A DNA stretch of 62,705 nt, the filler included, from Asterionella formosa (Eukaryota), in NCBI GenBank assembly GCA_002256025.1. It is 10 parts of 10 records of this genome, joined end to end, with 100 filler letters (N's around TTAATTAATTAA, not from the genome) between each part and the next. Parts side by side here need not be neighbours in the genome. Positions count along the whole stretch, not along the records: positions 6,296 to 12,489 come from NKIB01012792.1; positions 12,590 to 18,781 come from NKIB01012793.1; positions 18,882 to 25,068 come from NKIB01012794.1; positions 25,169 to 31,349 come from NKIB01012795.1; 6 more parts are not named here. One strand, given 5' to 3'. The notes below the pieces were generated by a model. The model had not been told where the DNA came from and did no database searches. It saw nothing but the letters and a program-made list of their open reading frames with translations. Below, in pieces: positions 11,863 to 25,831 of this stretch. The position numbers and the translations under genes are program-made. Position 1 is the first letter of the stretch, and the number at the start of each line of letters is the position of its first letter.

Positions 11863-12598
11863 CATTTCAATAAATCACTTTGTAAAGCTCTGCTCCCTCC
11901 AGTTCAAAAAGCGAGTAGGAACATCCCTCAAGTATCAATCCATGTTAAGATTTCGGAAATTCAACCATGAAAATTGAGCCCTTCATGTAAGAATCCTTTG
12001 GAATGCACGTGGAGTATGCTGAATGGCTTCAAGAGATGCTGAACAATAGAAGTTTCAAGGTGAACAATGTGCAATCATGCCAGACTCTATTTGAATACCC
12101 AGTATAAATTTGGTGACAGGCAAGGAATTCTCAAAGAATTACTCTGATTTAAGTTTAGGGATATTCATTGGCATCCTGAATGTCGAAATGGGCTACCAAT
12201 AACACTCCGATCCCGCAGTGGCTAGATTGGGAAATAGTCTAGTGTCAATTATTGTTGTTCATTCAATTTTGAAAATTCATAACGCTCAGCTATCTTGTCA
12301 ACTTCGAATAACAGATAAGCATACATGTGTACTCAGAGAAATTCAATAGCTAATAGTATACCTTACATTGATAATGTCATTGGCTTGAATTCGCCTTTCT
12401 CAACTGCACTACACTATGGTAATTTATACCGCCATGACAGCAGCTTAGGTCCGGTAGTCTTAGCTAGACTACATACCTTGTACCAAATTNNNNNNNNNNN
12501 NNNNNNNNNNNNNNNNNNNNNNNNNNNNNNNNNTTAATTAATTAANNNNNNNNNNNNNNNNNNNNNNNNNNNNNNNNNNNNNNNNNNNNTCCATCAGC

Positions 12599-13747
12599 AT
12601 GCCCGTTCTAACGAAACCATCCCCATCAGGCAAACCAACATCAACATCTCCACCTCAAGCATCAGTTGTGTTGGAAGACACAGGATTCACGCAACTGTGG
12701 AGTACTTTCAGGGATCAAGCAACCCAGGTCGCCAACAACCCCACTGACACGCATGAATACCAACAAAAAGTGGCCGGACTCCTTGAGACGCTGCAACGAC
12801 TTATATTCGGTCTAGATCAAGGCAAGAAGATTTTTGCGGTTAAGAATGGAGCTCTCGAGCTCATTGTCAAACTGAGCGATACTTTTCAGTTCTCTGATCC
12901 CATCACGTTGGCTGCTCTCAAAGCAACAAAGTCTTGTGTGGTCAAGAATCCAGCTGGACGAACATGCTGCCGGTCAGCAGGTACTCTTAAGTGGATGAAT
13001 ACCAGGCTAACATCATTGCTTTCGAACCAAGATCCTTCGAAAGCAACACTAGTAGAAGAAGGACTAACCACACTAGCCGCTATTTGTCTTGGTGATGATT
13101 TGAATGCATTGCAGGTAAGTCGGATGCAACAAAATATTGAGTGCTCACTGATTTTACCTCTCTCATCAAAAATTTATCCTACATTTCAGGGTGCCAAGGA
13201 ATTTCGAGTCATCTTGGACAAAGTTTCACTGATATACCCCAAAGAATGTCATCCCAGTTTGCATCAGAAGGTCACTTATCTTGATGCACTCTTTAATGTC
13301 ATGGAGAGAGAACAAGACAAACTGCTAAATAGCAAGGCTATTGATACTTTTTTTGATACAGTACAAGAGAATGAGTTGATATTGACAAAAGAAACATGGG
13401 AGGACACGGAAGCGGAAATAGTATATTCTGAAGCCCTGGCCAAACTTGAGCCACTTGCATGTGAGACCAAACTGTTAGATACACTCATGTGCAATCTTTA
13501 TGAGCGACGATCTGCTGCCAAATTTTCATTGCAGAAGTGGGAGGGCTGCTTAGCTGATGTTGATTTTTGCCTTGATAAATTTGAGGTATCACCAGAAATG
13601 ACTATCCAGCTTCTGGTAAGACGCACAAATGTATTGCAAGCAATGGGCCTCCTACAAGATGCAAAAGAAGGCATTGGAAAGGCTCTTTTAATGCATCCGC
13701 AAAGCAAAGAGTTGCAAGAAAAGCTTGAAGAATTGAATAATATGTAG
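12599..13747 (+). CDS. Helical-repeat protein (ARM-like N-half, TPR-like C-terminus); probable intron 13115-13189
   Basis: Long ORF with ARM-like KNGALELIVKL...AALKA and TPR-like YSEAL...NLYERRSAAKFSLQKWEGCLADVDFCL...ALLMHPQSKEL. CAG|GTAAGT...TTTCAG defines a 75-nt intron. Confidence 0.75.
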   Translation: MPVLTKPSPSGKPTSTSPPQASVVLEDTGFTQLWSTFRDQATQVANNPTDTHEYQQKVAGLLETLQRLIFGLDQGKKIFAVKNGALELIVKLSDTFQFSDPITLAALKATKSCVVKNPAGRTCCRSAGTLKWMNTRLTSLLSNQDPSKATLVEEGLTTLAAICLGDDLNALQVSRMQQNIECSLILPLSSKIYPTFQGAKEFRVILDKVSLIYPKECHPSLHQKVTYLDALFNVMEREQDKLLNSKAIDTFFDTVQENELILTKETWEDTEAEIVYSEALAKLEPLACETKLLDTLMCNLYERRSAAKFSLQKWEGCLADVDFCLDKFEVSPEMTIQLLVRRTNVLQAMGLLQDAKEGIGKALLMHPQSKELQEKLEELNNM

Positions 13748-16732
13748 AGCCAAAACTAAAATCACAATTATTAACAGTTTGCCTGTTGCATCAGCCATTC
13801 TGAATGATTGCTATTCCATGTGTTTGAGTGCAAGAATCATGGTGACACCTGGTTTGGTCATGTGGTAGCTAACTAACTTAAGCAAATGCCAATTGGGCAC
13901 ATTGAATTTGGTCAATTAGTTTTATGTACAGTAATGGTGCATGCAGCCAGATTGGTGTTTTCCCCTGCAATGCACATGAGGTATTTGCCTTCATTTTGGT
14001 TCAAAAACAGTAGTCAATTATGTCAAACGCCATCAAGACTCTGACCAACTCTCCTATCCTGGTCGTACACTTCCATTATTTCTTGAGATGTAAGAAGTCT
14101 AATATTGAGGAAATGACTCATCAAATGCTGTAATGATGTCATGTTAAAGATTTTTACCCATTATTAAACCTAGAATCATTGACAAAGTATACTATGGACA
14201 GAGAGGATGTTGTTGCTTCGTTTCTCTTTTTATGATATTCTTATTGTGAATCTTCAATTCCACTTCTCTTTCTTGTGAATGTTCCACATTCAAATTTGCT
14301 TCGCTCGTGGAATACTCACACATATATTCGCTCTTTAGGAATTGATAAATCAGTCTTTCCCAAGTAAGCAGTCAAGTTCACCTCTATCACAACATTCAAT
14401 TTCAATTTAAAACAGCGGCGGTCTTTTGACTAGCAGGATTGCCCAGCACTTTGTTTGTGTGGTTCTTGCTGTTTGCCGGGAATATTAATTGGCGACTTGT
14501 TTTTGTTTGACTTAAGGAAAACTCAGTGCGTAAGGCGGACAATTTCCATGGCCCCACAAATACAGCACAATGAAAAGCTCATCTAATATGGATGTAAGTG
14601 CTAATTTATGGCTGATCCAGGATTTTTTGACAATCTGAGTTTATAAAATCAATATTCAACAAGTAAGCCAGTATGCTGCATTTCTGTTGCAACAATGTAG
14701 CACAAAGATGCCTGTTCAAGGGTGAAAATTGTTCCATTTTGAATTAACGGCTTCTCATCTTGCATTGTCTGTACACACATCATCCCAAAATACCTGCCTC
14801 TTCAAGAACTGAAAATTCCAATCTGAAAGGACAGCCTTGATTGCATGCCAAGATGATTGGTTTCCCATGCAGAGTGAAATAATTGAATTAGTCCAGCACT
14901 AAATTGTTTCAAAGAATTTTTAAAATAGTTGAGCAATAGTTGAACGACCTTCTGATTAATAGTTGAATGGCCCATCAAATAATTATCGGTACATGAGAAT
15001 ACTGGTAGCCATCTAAGAATATTGGGCGCGCTCTGACCTGTGATAACAATAATAAATAAATTACTATGTGTGTATTATGACACAAATTATTTTGATGATG
15101 TGATGTATAGCTAATACTGTCCTTGCGCTCTGATGATAATCAAATATTTTAGATTACTTATCTGAAATTGAATATATATTCAAATTTAATTTCTATTAGA
15201 TAAATTTTCATAGCGTTGCATCCTCTTATTTATTATGCTTCCTCTACATAGTAGTTTATTATATAGTTATATTGTTATATTCTTCTGTGACACGCACTCT
15301 ATGATTTCCAAGGCAATTCAAAGAATCAACATGCTGCCGCCCATGCTGCATTGGAAGTAGCATTGTGAAACTCTAGAGGGGAACGATTTCTTTGCCTTCA
15401 AAGCGTTTTGGAGCTGATGACAGGCCCATACAAGAACGACAAACAGATTTTACAATTGCATCAGCCACACTCGGGCAGCATATCATTCTATACCAGTAGA
15501 CTGGTGTCTCCATTCGATTTCAAGACGGTGTGCTGGAATTTTCATAACCATCCTACTCATTAATATGCCTAGAACCATTGAAATGGAAAAATCAATGCTG
15601 GAACAAAATGATCAATGACCATATTACTAAGCAAGATCCATTCCAACTTGATGAGGTTTTTAAGAATGCTACTCATCAACAGTAGCTAGCTGACAATTGA
15701 TTTCACTGCTTGGGAATTGGAAAAGATGCATTGGATATTCATATGGCTCATTGAAGTAGTACCAAGACTTTCTTGTACCCTCATCTAGCATGGAAGGCGA
15801 TAGGACAAAAACGGTTTGACTACCAATGATGCTGAGGGTTTTAATGAAGTCCAAGAAGATATTTCAGCTCCAAATGTATGAGCTGTTTTGCAATCATGCT
15901 TGCATAGCAATATGACTATCTTCCAAACTATAGATAATATCATTATTTAAAGAGTTGCTGATGAATGGCAGCAGCTTTGTTTGACAAGCTCTGCCACCCA
16001 AAACATTGAATATGATTCAAGTTAGAACAATCTCCTTCAATGATGTTTGCAGTCTCCACATTTTGAGATGACAAACAGATAGTGGAACTTGAAGAGAATG
16101 TAAAACATCATTGGAGTAAAAATGGAGGTCGATTGATGCACATATGTATCACTGCCATGTACATGCACTATTATGATTATATATGACATAAACTACGACC
16201 TTTTAAAACATGATAAACGTGTTGAGGCACGTGTGAGGGGTCGTAATTGCGTTTATTTTCTGGGTATGTATATATCCGGTTGTTTGTAGTAATCATGATA
16301 AAAAGGGCTGCAAGGAAAAAAATTAGAAGGAAGTGATTACATGTACATGTGCATGTATGCATATATCATTGTGTAAAGATTCATAAAGACCAAAACTTCA
16401 GCCCGAAATTCTATCACTTTGGAACTCATTCCTTCTGAAGAATCGGAAGTTGTGCATTTCCTCGGTCTAAATACCGTTGTAACAGAAAGAGAAAGTCATC
16501 AGTGATTGCAACAGTGTACAGTGCTGTGCATACCGAGTACTCGTGCACGGAAGTGGTCAGCAGGATCGAACTTTCGACATGAGATCTCAGTCGGGTTTTC
16601 TCGTTTTCGCGCCCCAATGCAACTCGTCACATTTTGAGTGAAAAAATCGTTGTGGGGTTTAAGCTATAAAACAGGTTGCCTCTTTCTTTTCCTGCAAGGA
16701 CGTTTTCCCGTCTCTTATTCAACCCTTCCACC

Positions 16733-18781
16733 ATGTCTTTAAATCTCACTGCGTATTGCGAACTCCAGGAGAATTCGAATTCACCCGAGTGCGCTCTCTT
16801 TGCGGCATTCACCAGCGTAAGTTCTTGGATGTATATTGTTTTCATGGAAAGCGGCCTTGTGTTTTGTTCAGATTTTGGAATGCGACGACAGTGTTCAAAT
16901 GCTATGCATAGCTTATCAATGAATTTCTTGAGTGACCTTTCAAGACGGAAAAACGGTACAACATCTTCAAGATATTACTTTCTTGCATGATGTGAAATCA
17001 TTAGTCCTTGTCTATCGAAATTTTTTCTCACGATTATGTGATTTGTCTTATCAACACAGGAAATTGACACCATCCATACATCTATCAGCGATGTAGCTGA
17101 GGGAGTCAACGTCTTCTTTCTTCTCTTTGCGGTGCGTTCTTGAAACTCTTTTATTGCACTGATTCGACAGTCCACGAACGGCACAGTGATCCCTCTGTCT
17201 CCATTACACAATATGAATGATGACGTTATTAACATCCAGTATATTTTCTAGCTCTGTGCGCCTGATCGGTACTTACTTACACACCAATACCTCCCATATT
17301 TTTGCCTTTCGGGAATATCAAGGCACATCGAATTTTGATTTTTTACTCCCTGCCTCCCACTTTTGTTTGGTGATATGGCCGGTATTTGAATTCAGTTTAC
17401 TAACTACTTTTGCTTACTATCGGCTTTTAACAGGGTGCTCTAGTCTTCATGATGCAAGCAGGATTCGCAATGCTCTGCGCAGGATCTGTCCGTCAAAAGA
17501 ATGTCAAAAACATCCTGTTGAAGAACTTGCTTGATGGTAAGATTGGGTAGCATGGCTGACTGGCAAGCCTGAGTGAAGAAATTATTCTTACTACAAAACA
17601 AGTGGATAAACTAACACTATTTCACCAGCTTGTGGTGGTGCCCTTGGTTTTTGGTCAATCGGATTTGCTCTTGCATACGGTGACAAGGACGGTGATACAA
17701 GCCAGACCCGCTTCGTTGGAAATGATGCATTCTTCCTTGCGGATTACACCACTGGGCCTCAATACATGGGATGGTTTTTCCAATTTGCTTTTGCTGCCTC
17801 TGCTGCCACTATTGTTGCTGGAACAGTTGCAGAGCGTTGCAAAATGGCTGCATACTTGTGTTACTCCTTCTTTCTTACTGCCTTCGTCTACCCTGTTGTT
17901 GTTCACTCAATTTGGGCATCTGATGGATTCTTGAACGCATTCGCCGATGAACCGTTCCGGGGAATGGGTGTCATTGATTTCGCCGGCTCTGGAGTTGTGC
18001 ATTTGACAGGTGGCACTACCGCGCTTGTTGCCGCCATCCTTCTGGGACCTCGCAGAGGTCGCTTTTACGATGACGATGGCAACCCACATCAGAAACCAAC
18101 CGAGTTTCCTCCGCACTCAGTAGCGTTGCAGATCCTTGGGACATTCCTCCTATGGGTCGGATGGTATGGATTCAATCCTGGTTCCGCTCTCAAAATTGCC
18201 AACCCGACGTCAGCAGCTGTTTCCGGGCTTGCAACTGTTACTACCACCATTGCAGGTGCAACTGGATGTGTCACTTGCATGTTCCTTGACACTATTATTG
18301 AAGCCTACAAGGATAGTGAAGTATCTTACGACCTCACAATGGCTATGAACGGCGCACTAGGAGGACTTGTTGCAATCACGGCAGGATGTGCCGTTGTAAC
18401 ACCTTGGGCTGCCTTCATCATCGGATTCATTGCTGCATTTTTCTATTACGGAGCTTCCAAGATGTTGATTAAGCTTAGAATTGATGATGCCGTGGACGCT
18501 GTCCCAGTTCACTTTGCAAACGGCATTTGGGGAATCCTTGCTGTGGGTTTCTTTGCTGAACCAGACCGTCAGGAACTTGCCTACTCTAATATCACCCACA
18601 CCGGATGGATCTACAACGGATCTGATGTCAACCTCCTCCTCAACCAGTTCGTCGCTGTTTGTTGGATCGTTGGATGGGTTACTTGTGTTATGACCCCTTT
18701 CTTTGTCGTTCTGAACTTGCTTGGCATGTTCCGTGTCGACGGTCTTGAAGAAGAAGTCGGTCTTGATATCTCTCATCATCG
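16733..18781 (+). CDS. AMT1: Ammonium transporter (AMT1 family), 3'-truncated by the spacer; exons 16733-16816, 17060-17131, 17434-17536, 17629->18781
   Basis: [88 protein letters not shown] and [11 protein letters not shown]. Three GT-AG introns join in frame. Confidence 0.95.
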
Positions 18782-19504
18782 NNNNNNNNNNNNNNNNNNN
18801 NNNNNNNNNNNNNNNNNNNNNNNNNTTAATTAATTAANNNNNNNNNNNNNNNNNNNNNNNNNNNNNNNNNNNNNNNNNNNNATATACCCATCTCCAAATG
18901 AATTGATTTGATCATTGGCTAGAGTGAGTGAGTGCTTTGACTTTTGAACGAGTTTCATATCACTTGTGTACTTAATTTTCATGCGATTAAGCAGATGTGT
19001 GTGTAGCTTGTATAATGAGAAATGCACGTCTAACGGCACAAGCTCAATGTCATACAACCTCTGCAAGATAAGTGCTCCAGCACCAGCAACCCAACAGCAG
19101 TTACAAGAAAGTCTCATGGTGCGCCTTTTCCATTCAATACAAACGTCCCAAATGCATTCTCATCCAACTTGTGAATCTCCCACGCCCACTGTATCTCTGA
19201 CTACGAAATTTGGCAATCAGCCAAATTTATTTGCAAGGTTTTGTGGGCAGTGATCAAAATGTCACCCCCTGAAACTACCAACGGAAAAATGAGACAGAAA
19301 TGAATTTTTTTGACAAGCAATGTGTGCTTCCTGGACCAAACGAACTTTTCATAATGGAGCAGATTCGCAAATAAGTTGGCATGGGGACTTAAGCTATTCT
19401 TTTAAATGCTCGGCTTGTCTCTCTCTCAAACTTTGGCACAGAAGCTACTAAAGAGCTCTTCGTGGAACAGTTCTTAATCACTTTTTCCCTATGCGCTGCT
19501 CTGC

Positions 19505-19579
19505 AGGAAATAGCACGATTTGCTTGCTCAATCAAACATTTTTTAGGAAATAGCACGATTTGCTTGCTCAATCAAACAT
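19505..19579 (+). repeat. 35-bp direct repeat x2
   Basis: AGGAAATAGCACGATTTGCTTGCTCAATCAAACAT occurs at 19505 and 19545. Confidence 0.85.
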
Positions 19580-19734
19580 ATCCCAATGATTGGAAGATAG
19601 CAAGGAAACTGAAGGGTGGCCAACTTAAACTGATCTGGGAGCAATGTGATCGACCGACTGAAGGAAACTGCAAGGCGGCGTATCACACACTGGAAATTGG
19701 AGAGTTGGAACAAAGGAGTTGAGAAAGCTGTGGA

Positions 19735-20451
19735 ATGTGTTACACTGGAGCTACATTGTCACTTGGAAACGGAATTATTTGTTTTATGTCCATGAAACAG
19801 AAAGTGAACACTAGAAGTTCGACTGAAGCAGAATTGGTTGGTGTCGATGACATCATATCAAAGGTGTTGTGGACGAAATTATTTATTGAAGCACAAGGAC
19901 ACAAGATGACTACGAATGTCATTTACCTTGACATCACTAGCGCAATGAGGCTAGAAGCAAACGGAAAAGCAAGTTCAGGAAAACGCACACGGCATTTCAA
20001 CATCAAATATTTTTACATTACTGATCTTATTGAAAGAAAGGAAGTACAAATCAAGTACTGTCCCACGGATGCAATGTTAGCAGACTACATGACGAAACCA
20101 CTGGTTGGAACGAAATTTATTCATTTTCGTCAGCAAATTATGAATTCAAAGTGAGCATCCGTGTCCAGCAGGAGTGTGTTGGAGAAAATATTTTAGGAAA
20201 GTAAATCGCGGTATGAATTACCTACTACATATTGAATCGAATGAATCAAGAAAGAATATGGTACCAGAGAATTCGAAAACAATCTACCGGGGTACGCCAA
20301 CAGTAAAAACCCATAATTCTATTAAAACTCTTAGGAATGATTACAATCGATCACGGAGACATCGTTGTTCATATCTACAGCCTATTTGGTCCCTGACGTG
20401 TCCTTACAGGATACAAGAAAGCATAGAGTGCTTTGGGACGCAATTTCAACA
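19735..20451 (+). mobile_element. 3' end of a Ty1/Copia retrotransposon: RNase H (19735-20154), PPT and 3' LTR (~20177-20451)
   Basis: KQKVNTRSSTEAELVGVDD...SSGKRTRHFNIKYFYITD...YCPTDAMLADYMTKPL is Copia RNase H. The purine-rich CAGCAGGAGTG directly precedes TGTTGG, and a candidate LTR end TTTCAACA lies at 20451. Confidence 0.88.
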
Positions 20452-23400
20452 TTTTCTCCCAACGGACAACGATAAAATAGAGTGAACGTATTGTGAGGGA
20501 AACTGACAAATATCTGTGAGAATAAACGTAGTTGGCTAGAATCAGTAAGGACAGTACTAGACACAGGTGAATAAGTCTATTTTAATTATATGATTGTAAC
20601 AAGTATTGTACCTCATCTAGAATAACTCCACCCAAGCAAAGGCTCGCCAATACAACGGCCAATACAACGGCGAAAAGCGAAAACCCACAAACCTTCATTT
20701 ATTAATGAATGATGTGCACATACATCTCACCAAAGCCCATTACAGAGGACGATAGTCCAATAGCCATCAGATCACCTAGAAGGAGAACCACAGATGAACA
20801 TCAAATGTCCATCCAACCTCCAACAACGTAAATCGGTTCATGGCAGTTACAAATCGAATTCAAATCATGACCCGGAAACCCATCAGATATATTCATACCG
20901 CAGTTGACATGTAAACACGCACGTGGAACACAGGATATCTCACATATTGTTGTATAACCATTCCGATGAAGGTTGGAACATATCCTGGCTGCTGATGTTG
21001 TTGAGGTTGATGGCGCCACTTTTTCTTCCCTTCATCCTTGCAATGTTTCTTTGGCAACAGACGTAGAAATATCAATTTGGGTCTGCTGAGAGTTGAACCA
21101 AATAAAATAATTAGCTAGGTCTGCGTAAACCAGGTTGAAAACAGCTTTGTTGTGTTGGATAATCAAGGGTCAAATCATGAAAACTTAATTATTCATATTG
21201 AAAGTGACACTCGGTTTGGTTCTGCTGAGGGTTCAACTCAATGAAACAATTCCATTTTTGTCTAATAATTTAAACTGGCTGCGAATGTGTTGTTTTAACC
21301 ACAATGAAAGACTTGCCTACAAATAAGGGAGTACGAATGGGCTCTAAAACACACAATCCTTCTTGATTTTTAGGATAATTTCATCGTCACGACGAAGTTT
21401 ATTACTCATGAGTTTGAAATCGATATACAGTGTTGGTCTTCTGACAGCCGCCCAGTTCAACTCCAATAATGTAACACAATTTGAGTTGCATCCACTTACT
21501 AAAACGAAAACCAACATAGCGAGAATTGAGTTGTTGAATCTATAATCATAAGAAGGATATTAAAGAATTTGGAAAGTAAAAATATACTTGGCTGGGTTTT
21601 CTGACAGATAAATTAAATATAAAATTCGTATTGAGTGGAGTTTTCTTCGAAGAAGAGAATGTTGGAGCGATTAGCTTTCAAACACTAAACATGGTTCTGC
21701 TGAGTATAGCCAAGTTCTGTGGTATTGATGGCGGAGGGAAGGGAAATATTTGTGACAAAAGGAAATAATATATTAGTAGTAGCAAATCAAAAAATTAAAG
21801 AATGAATATTTATTTTAAAATTATCAAACATGCTTTACTAGTCAACTTGCTTAGCTTGTGCATTTCGACCTTTATCAACTATTCAATGACTTCCTGAAAG
21901 GCCTACCAAACGCCATAAGCATTACTAGCCAAGAGGATGGTTAATTTGAGTAGCCATCAAGTCTTGTAACAATAAAATGATGGAACAATGACGCCATGGT
22001 GTGTAAGTGTGTTGATCGTGATGCATGTATCAAATTCTTTAAAACACACTTGAACTCCTCACGAAAAATTATCCATGTACACAATACAGGATTCCATAAA
22101 TTTATTTAGCCTGCAATATGTTGACAATACGAAATCTCTAAATTGCTATGGTGCAAACTAGGTTGCATGTTTACATTGGGGTGTTGCACTAAATTGCGCC
22201 ATAATAATAATCCAACTGAATAAAAGCGTTAAAGGAAGCTAAATTAATTTGGAGTATTAAACATAAAATAATATTGTATATGAAGATAAAATGTCGACCC
22301 CCCGCTCAACAAGGTAATTTAATTTTCTTCCAATGTGGTGCCTTACTCATCATTTTCGAAGTCGTTTATCTCACCAAATACTGGAGCAAACAACTTCAAT
22401 CGGGCGCTAAGACATCCTATAGTATGTGCATGCGTGAAACAGATGACTTGTTCATAGTAAATATTGTCGTATTGCTAAAATTGAAAAAGTTTGTAGTACA
22501 AAATGTAAGGTTACCCCATTATTGTGGTTTAAGCAGGTTTTGGCTGTGCACAGGATTGATCAATATTCCATTTATTGGCAAAAAACAGAGAAAGTTGACA
22601 TCCAATACTAGAGTTATAACGAGACAACATCCAAGAGATGACAAGAACCATGACTGACCATGAAAATGGTGAAAAGGATGCTAATGACCAAGAAATCCAG
22701 TAAGTGATTAAAAGGGAAGGTCGTATTGCACATGAAATAAGCAACTCTGTACAAGTAAGTGTTAATGAGAAGTTATGTTGGGTTGTCATTTCAGACTTGA
22801 TAGCATCCCTTGCTACAACCTTATATTTTGATTTTTGAGGCAATCATGTATCCAATGGGAGTAAAGAGAGGAAGTATAAGATACCAAATATGCAAGTCTA
22901 CAGTTGCTCTATTCCCTTATCACCCCATTGTGTTTTCATGACTCTGCTTTTTGGTTGTCCCCTTGTGAAAATTTTCTTTTCTCATACCAGGTCAAATCTG
23001 ATAAAACCTGAAATGGAGAACTAACAGATGCTCATGCAAGAGGTTAATAGATAGTGATTGACTATAGGTTGATAAAAACAGATATATACAATAAATCAAG
23101 CAAGGAACAGTAAAAAACTAGATATGATCTAGTCTTGATTAGCAGGATTTAATCTGTCAGCTAGCTATCTCCAGTCAAGAGCATCTAAGGCTAACAGTCT
23201 GCGAGGTCTAAGTGGGCAAAAGTGTTCAATTAGGAAGTGAATGTAATTTGGTACCACATCAAGTTGTGTATTAAAACTTTAGCTTTCTTTATCATATATC
23301 AATTGTTTATTTAAGCCAAATGACCGCAACTTGCAGGTACAGGTGTGTATGTATTGTTCTTCGTCCTTTTTACTTAGCTACCGGTACCGCAACACCGTGA

Positions 23401-23511
23401 TCTCCGACATCGGCTGATTTAATTTTCAAACCTTGTGCAATTTGTTCTCCCGTTCATTTCTCTGAACTTAGCTGTTCATCTCTGCTTTCGTTGGACCCTG
23501 TTAAATTAATC

Positions 23512-25068
23512 ATGTCGTACTCTTGTGCTGCGCAAGCTACTCGTACATATAGCGATGAACCTCAGAAAGAGGATGCGTCTCCGCCGGTTAATACCTCGCA
23601 AAAATATGTAGACAATGGGAAGGAGACAGCTGGATTCAGACAGCTTTTCGTGCAAAGGCGTCGAGCAAGACGTGATTTTCTAAGGAGATTGCAAGCTGAA
23701 GTAAACGCCATGTCACCTATTAAGCGCTCATGGATGAATATAAGGAGATTGTTCTTGGGAATCTGTCCCTGTTCTGTCAAGACGACCAATAATATCTTAG
23801 ATCATCGCGCATCTGAACAATACCGCATCGCCCCCCGAGACGAAGTTGGAAACTGCTTGGTGGCTGAATTCAGCTTTTTGACTGAAGGCAGACTCGTTTC
23901 TTGGACTCTGTGGCACTATCGAACAACCTTCGCAAGGTCCATCATTTCATTTTGGTTTCTATATTTGGTTTTCATCTGGTTTTACGCTTTCATCATTCGA
24001 GCGACCGTAATAAATACATATGAGGACATAGGTTCAATATGTATTACATATTGGGACTATAATTCAACAGATTTTATGCCTAATTTCTCGAAGGCATTCG
24101 AATTATCTTGGACGACAATGAGCACAGTGGGTTATGGCACCATCGCAGTGCCGTTGGCATCGAATTGTACAGCTTTGCGAATAATACTGGCAACCGAGGC
24201 CTTCATTGGGATTCTCTACATTGGTTTTTGTGGAGCCATAACCTACTCAAAGGTAAGACATAAGCTATTCCTTTGAGTTCGTTGATCAGGTGAAAACGTG
24301 TGCTAACTACTCGCCGGAAGGTATCAAGACTACATGGCACTGCTCGTGTTGATTTCAGCAGTGCCATCTGTTTGCAATACGGTTCCGGTGTCGGTAAGCC
24401 TCGACAGAACAAAACATCTAGCATTCAAGGAAACTCTGCTCCTCAGACTCTCAATTCTAGGGACGATGAAATTGTCAGACCAGACGACGATGTGTTGACA
24501 GCTTCCACATATCCCTTCATTGAAATACGAGTAGTAAACAGCGTACGTGCCTAAACTCTCACGATTTTAGCCGCCAGTGTATTGTTTTGACACTTAATCC
24601 GTTTACGGTCGATCTGACTCTTGCCCTTTTCCAATTCATTTTAGCGACCCGATGGCGTTGGCGGAGAAATTTCAAATGCAACAATCACATGTGTAGCCAG
24701 CAGCGTTCGTTTTATGAGATCGGATTCAAGTAGTGATATCCGCAGCGACAGTCCTCATGGATCGGAATCTGAAGGAAAACAACAAGATGACTTTGAAGGT
24801 CTATTTTCTGTCCAGCATGCCGGTCGTGACGACGCAAGTGTTCCCAGCCTCAAACGCACGTTCCAAACGATCAAAGTGACACCAGACTCTCATCCATATT
24901 TTACCCAAGGTTCATGGAATCTCCGACATCAACTGGATCAAAAATCACCTCTGTTAAAGCCATCTATTCGACGTGTCATCCGAGAAATCGGAGGTTGGCC
25001 AACATATCTCAACGATCCTGTCAAGATTCGAAAGTGTCTTTCTTCTGATATTTTCAGTATTCACATCA
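23512..25068 (+). CDS. Two-TM potassium channel (inward-rectifier-like), 3'-truncated; exons 23512-24252, 24321-24542, 24645->25068
   Basis: TM1, pore FELSWTTMSTVGYG and TM2 EAFIGILYIGFCGAITYSK, then Kir-like cytoplasmic motifs (ARVDFSSAICL, FIEIRVVN, EISNATI, WNLRHQLDQKSPL). Two GT-AG introns join three ORFs in frame. Confidence 0.85.
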
Positions 25069-25725
25069 NNNNNNNNNNNNNNNNNNNNNNNNNNNNNNNN
25101 NNNNNNNNNNNNTTAATTAATTAANNNNNNNNNNNNNNNNNNNNNNNNNNNNNNNNNNNNNNNNNNNNGTCTACCGGTAATCATTCACACGACGACAATT
25201 GCTCCCTGAGGGGAGTTGTCATACCAGTATGTACAAAATGTCCGTGTTATTAGCTGCAAGCTGAGGTCAGGCATTTCCTGACGAGTCAGACTCCCATGTA
25301 CCAGTGTGCTTACTGGTATTTTTCCTTATTAAATATACTGGCATGTGCAGTACTGTAGACGTGTGCTGCCGTCGAATACCGGTCCAGCGCCGCGCGGTGT
25401 GTTTGGTGGCCTTGTTAGCTATACAGTACCGGTACTCCATATGAACAAAGTAGCTACTCCTACCTGGTACCAGGGTACACTTTCAGGGGTCGTTGAGAGC
25501 ATCTGTGGACATGTATCGTCGTCACCAACGTCACCAGCAAGACACAATACATGGCGTGAAACCACGATCGGGAAAACTCCAACGACTGCTTTGCTGTCAC
25601 CACCTCATTGGGACAACAACCACGACTGCAGGGTTCACGAAGTTACCGGCAGGGCGAGAAACCATTATCCACGACCTGGTATATAATTATTTAGCTGATG
25701 TGTAGTTTAACACCAGACTTACCGG

Positions 25726-25831
25726 TACCACTACCAGTATACCACTACCAGTATACCACTACCAGTATACCACTACCAGTATACCACTACCAGTATACCA
25801 CTACCAGTATACCACTACCAGTATACCACTA
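25726..25831 (+). repeat. 14-bp minisatellite (TACCACTACCAGTA) x~7.5
   Basis: Perfect tandem array read directly from the sequence. Confidence 0.95.

Noticed and set aside
21060..21720. Scattered GGTTCTGCTGAG-like motifs
   Set aside because: Spacing is irregular and no termini can be defined. Probably subterminal repeats of an old TE, but this cannot be supported.
25726..25831. Telomere or CRISPR array
   Set aside because: It is a spacer-less 14-bp minisatellite, internal to the scaffold and unlike TTAGGG-type telomeres.
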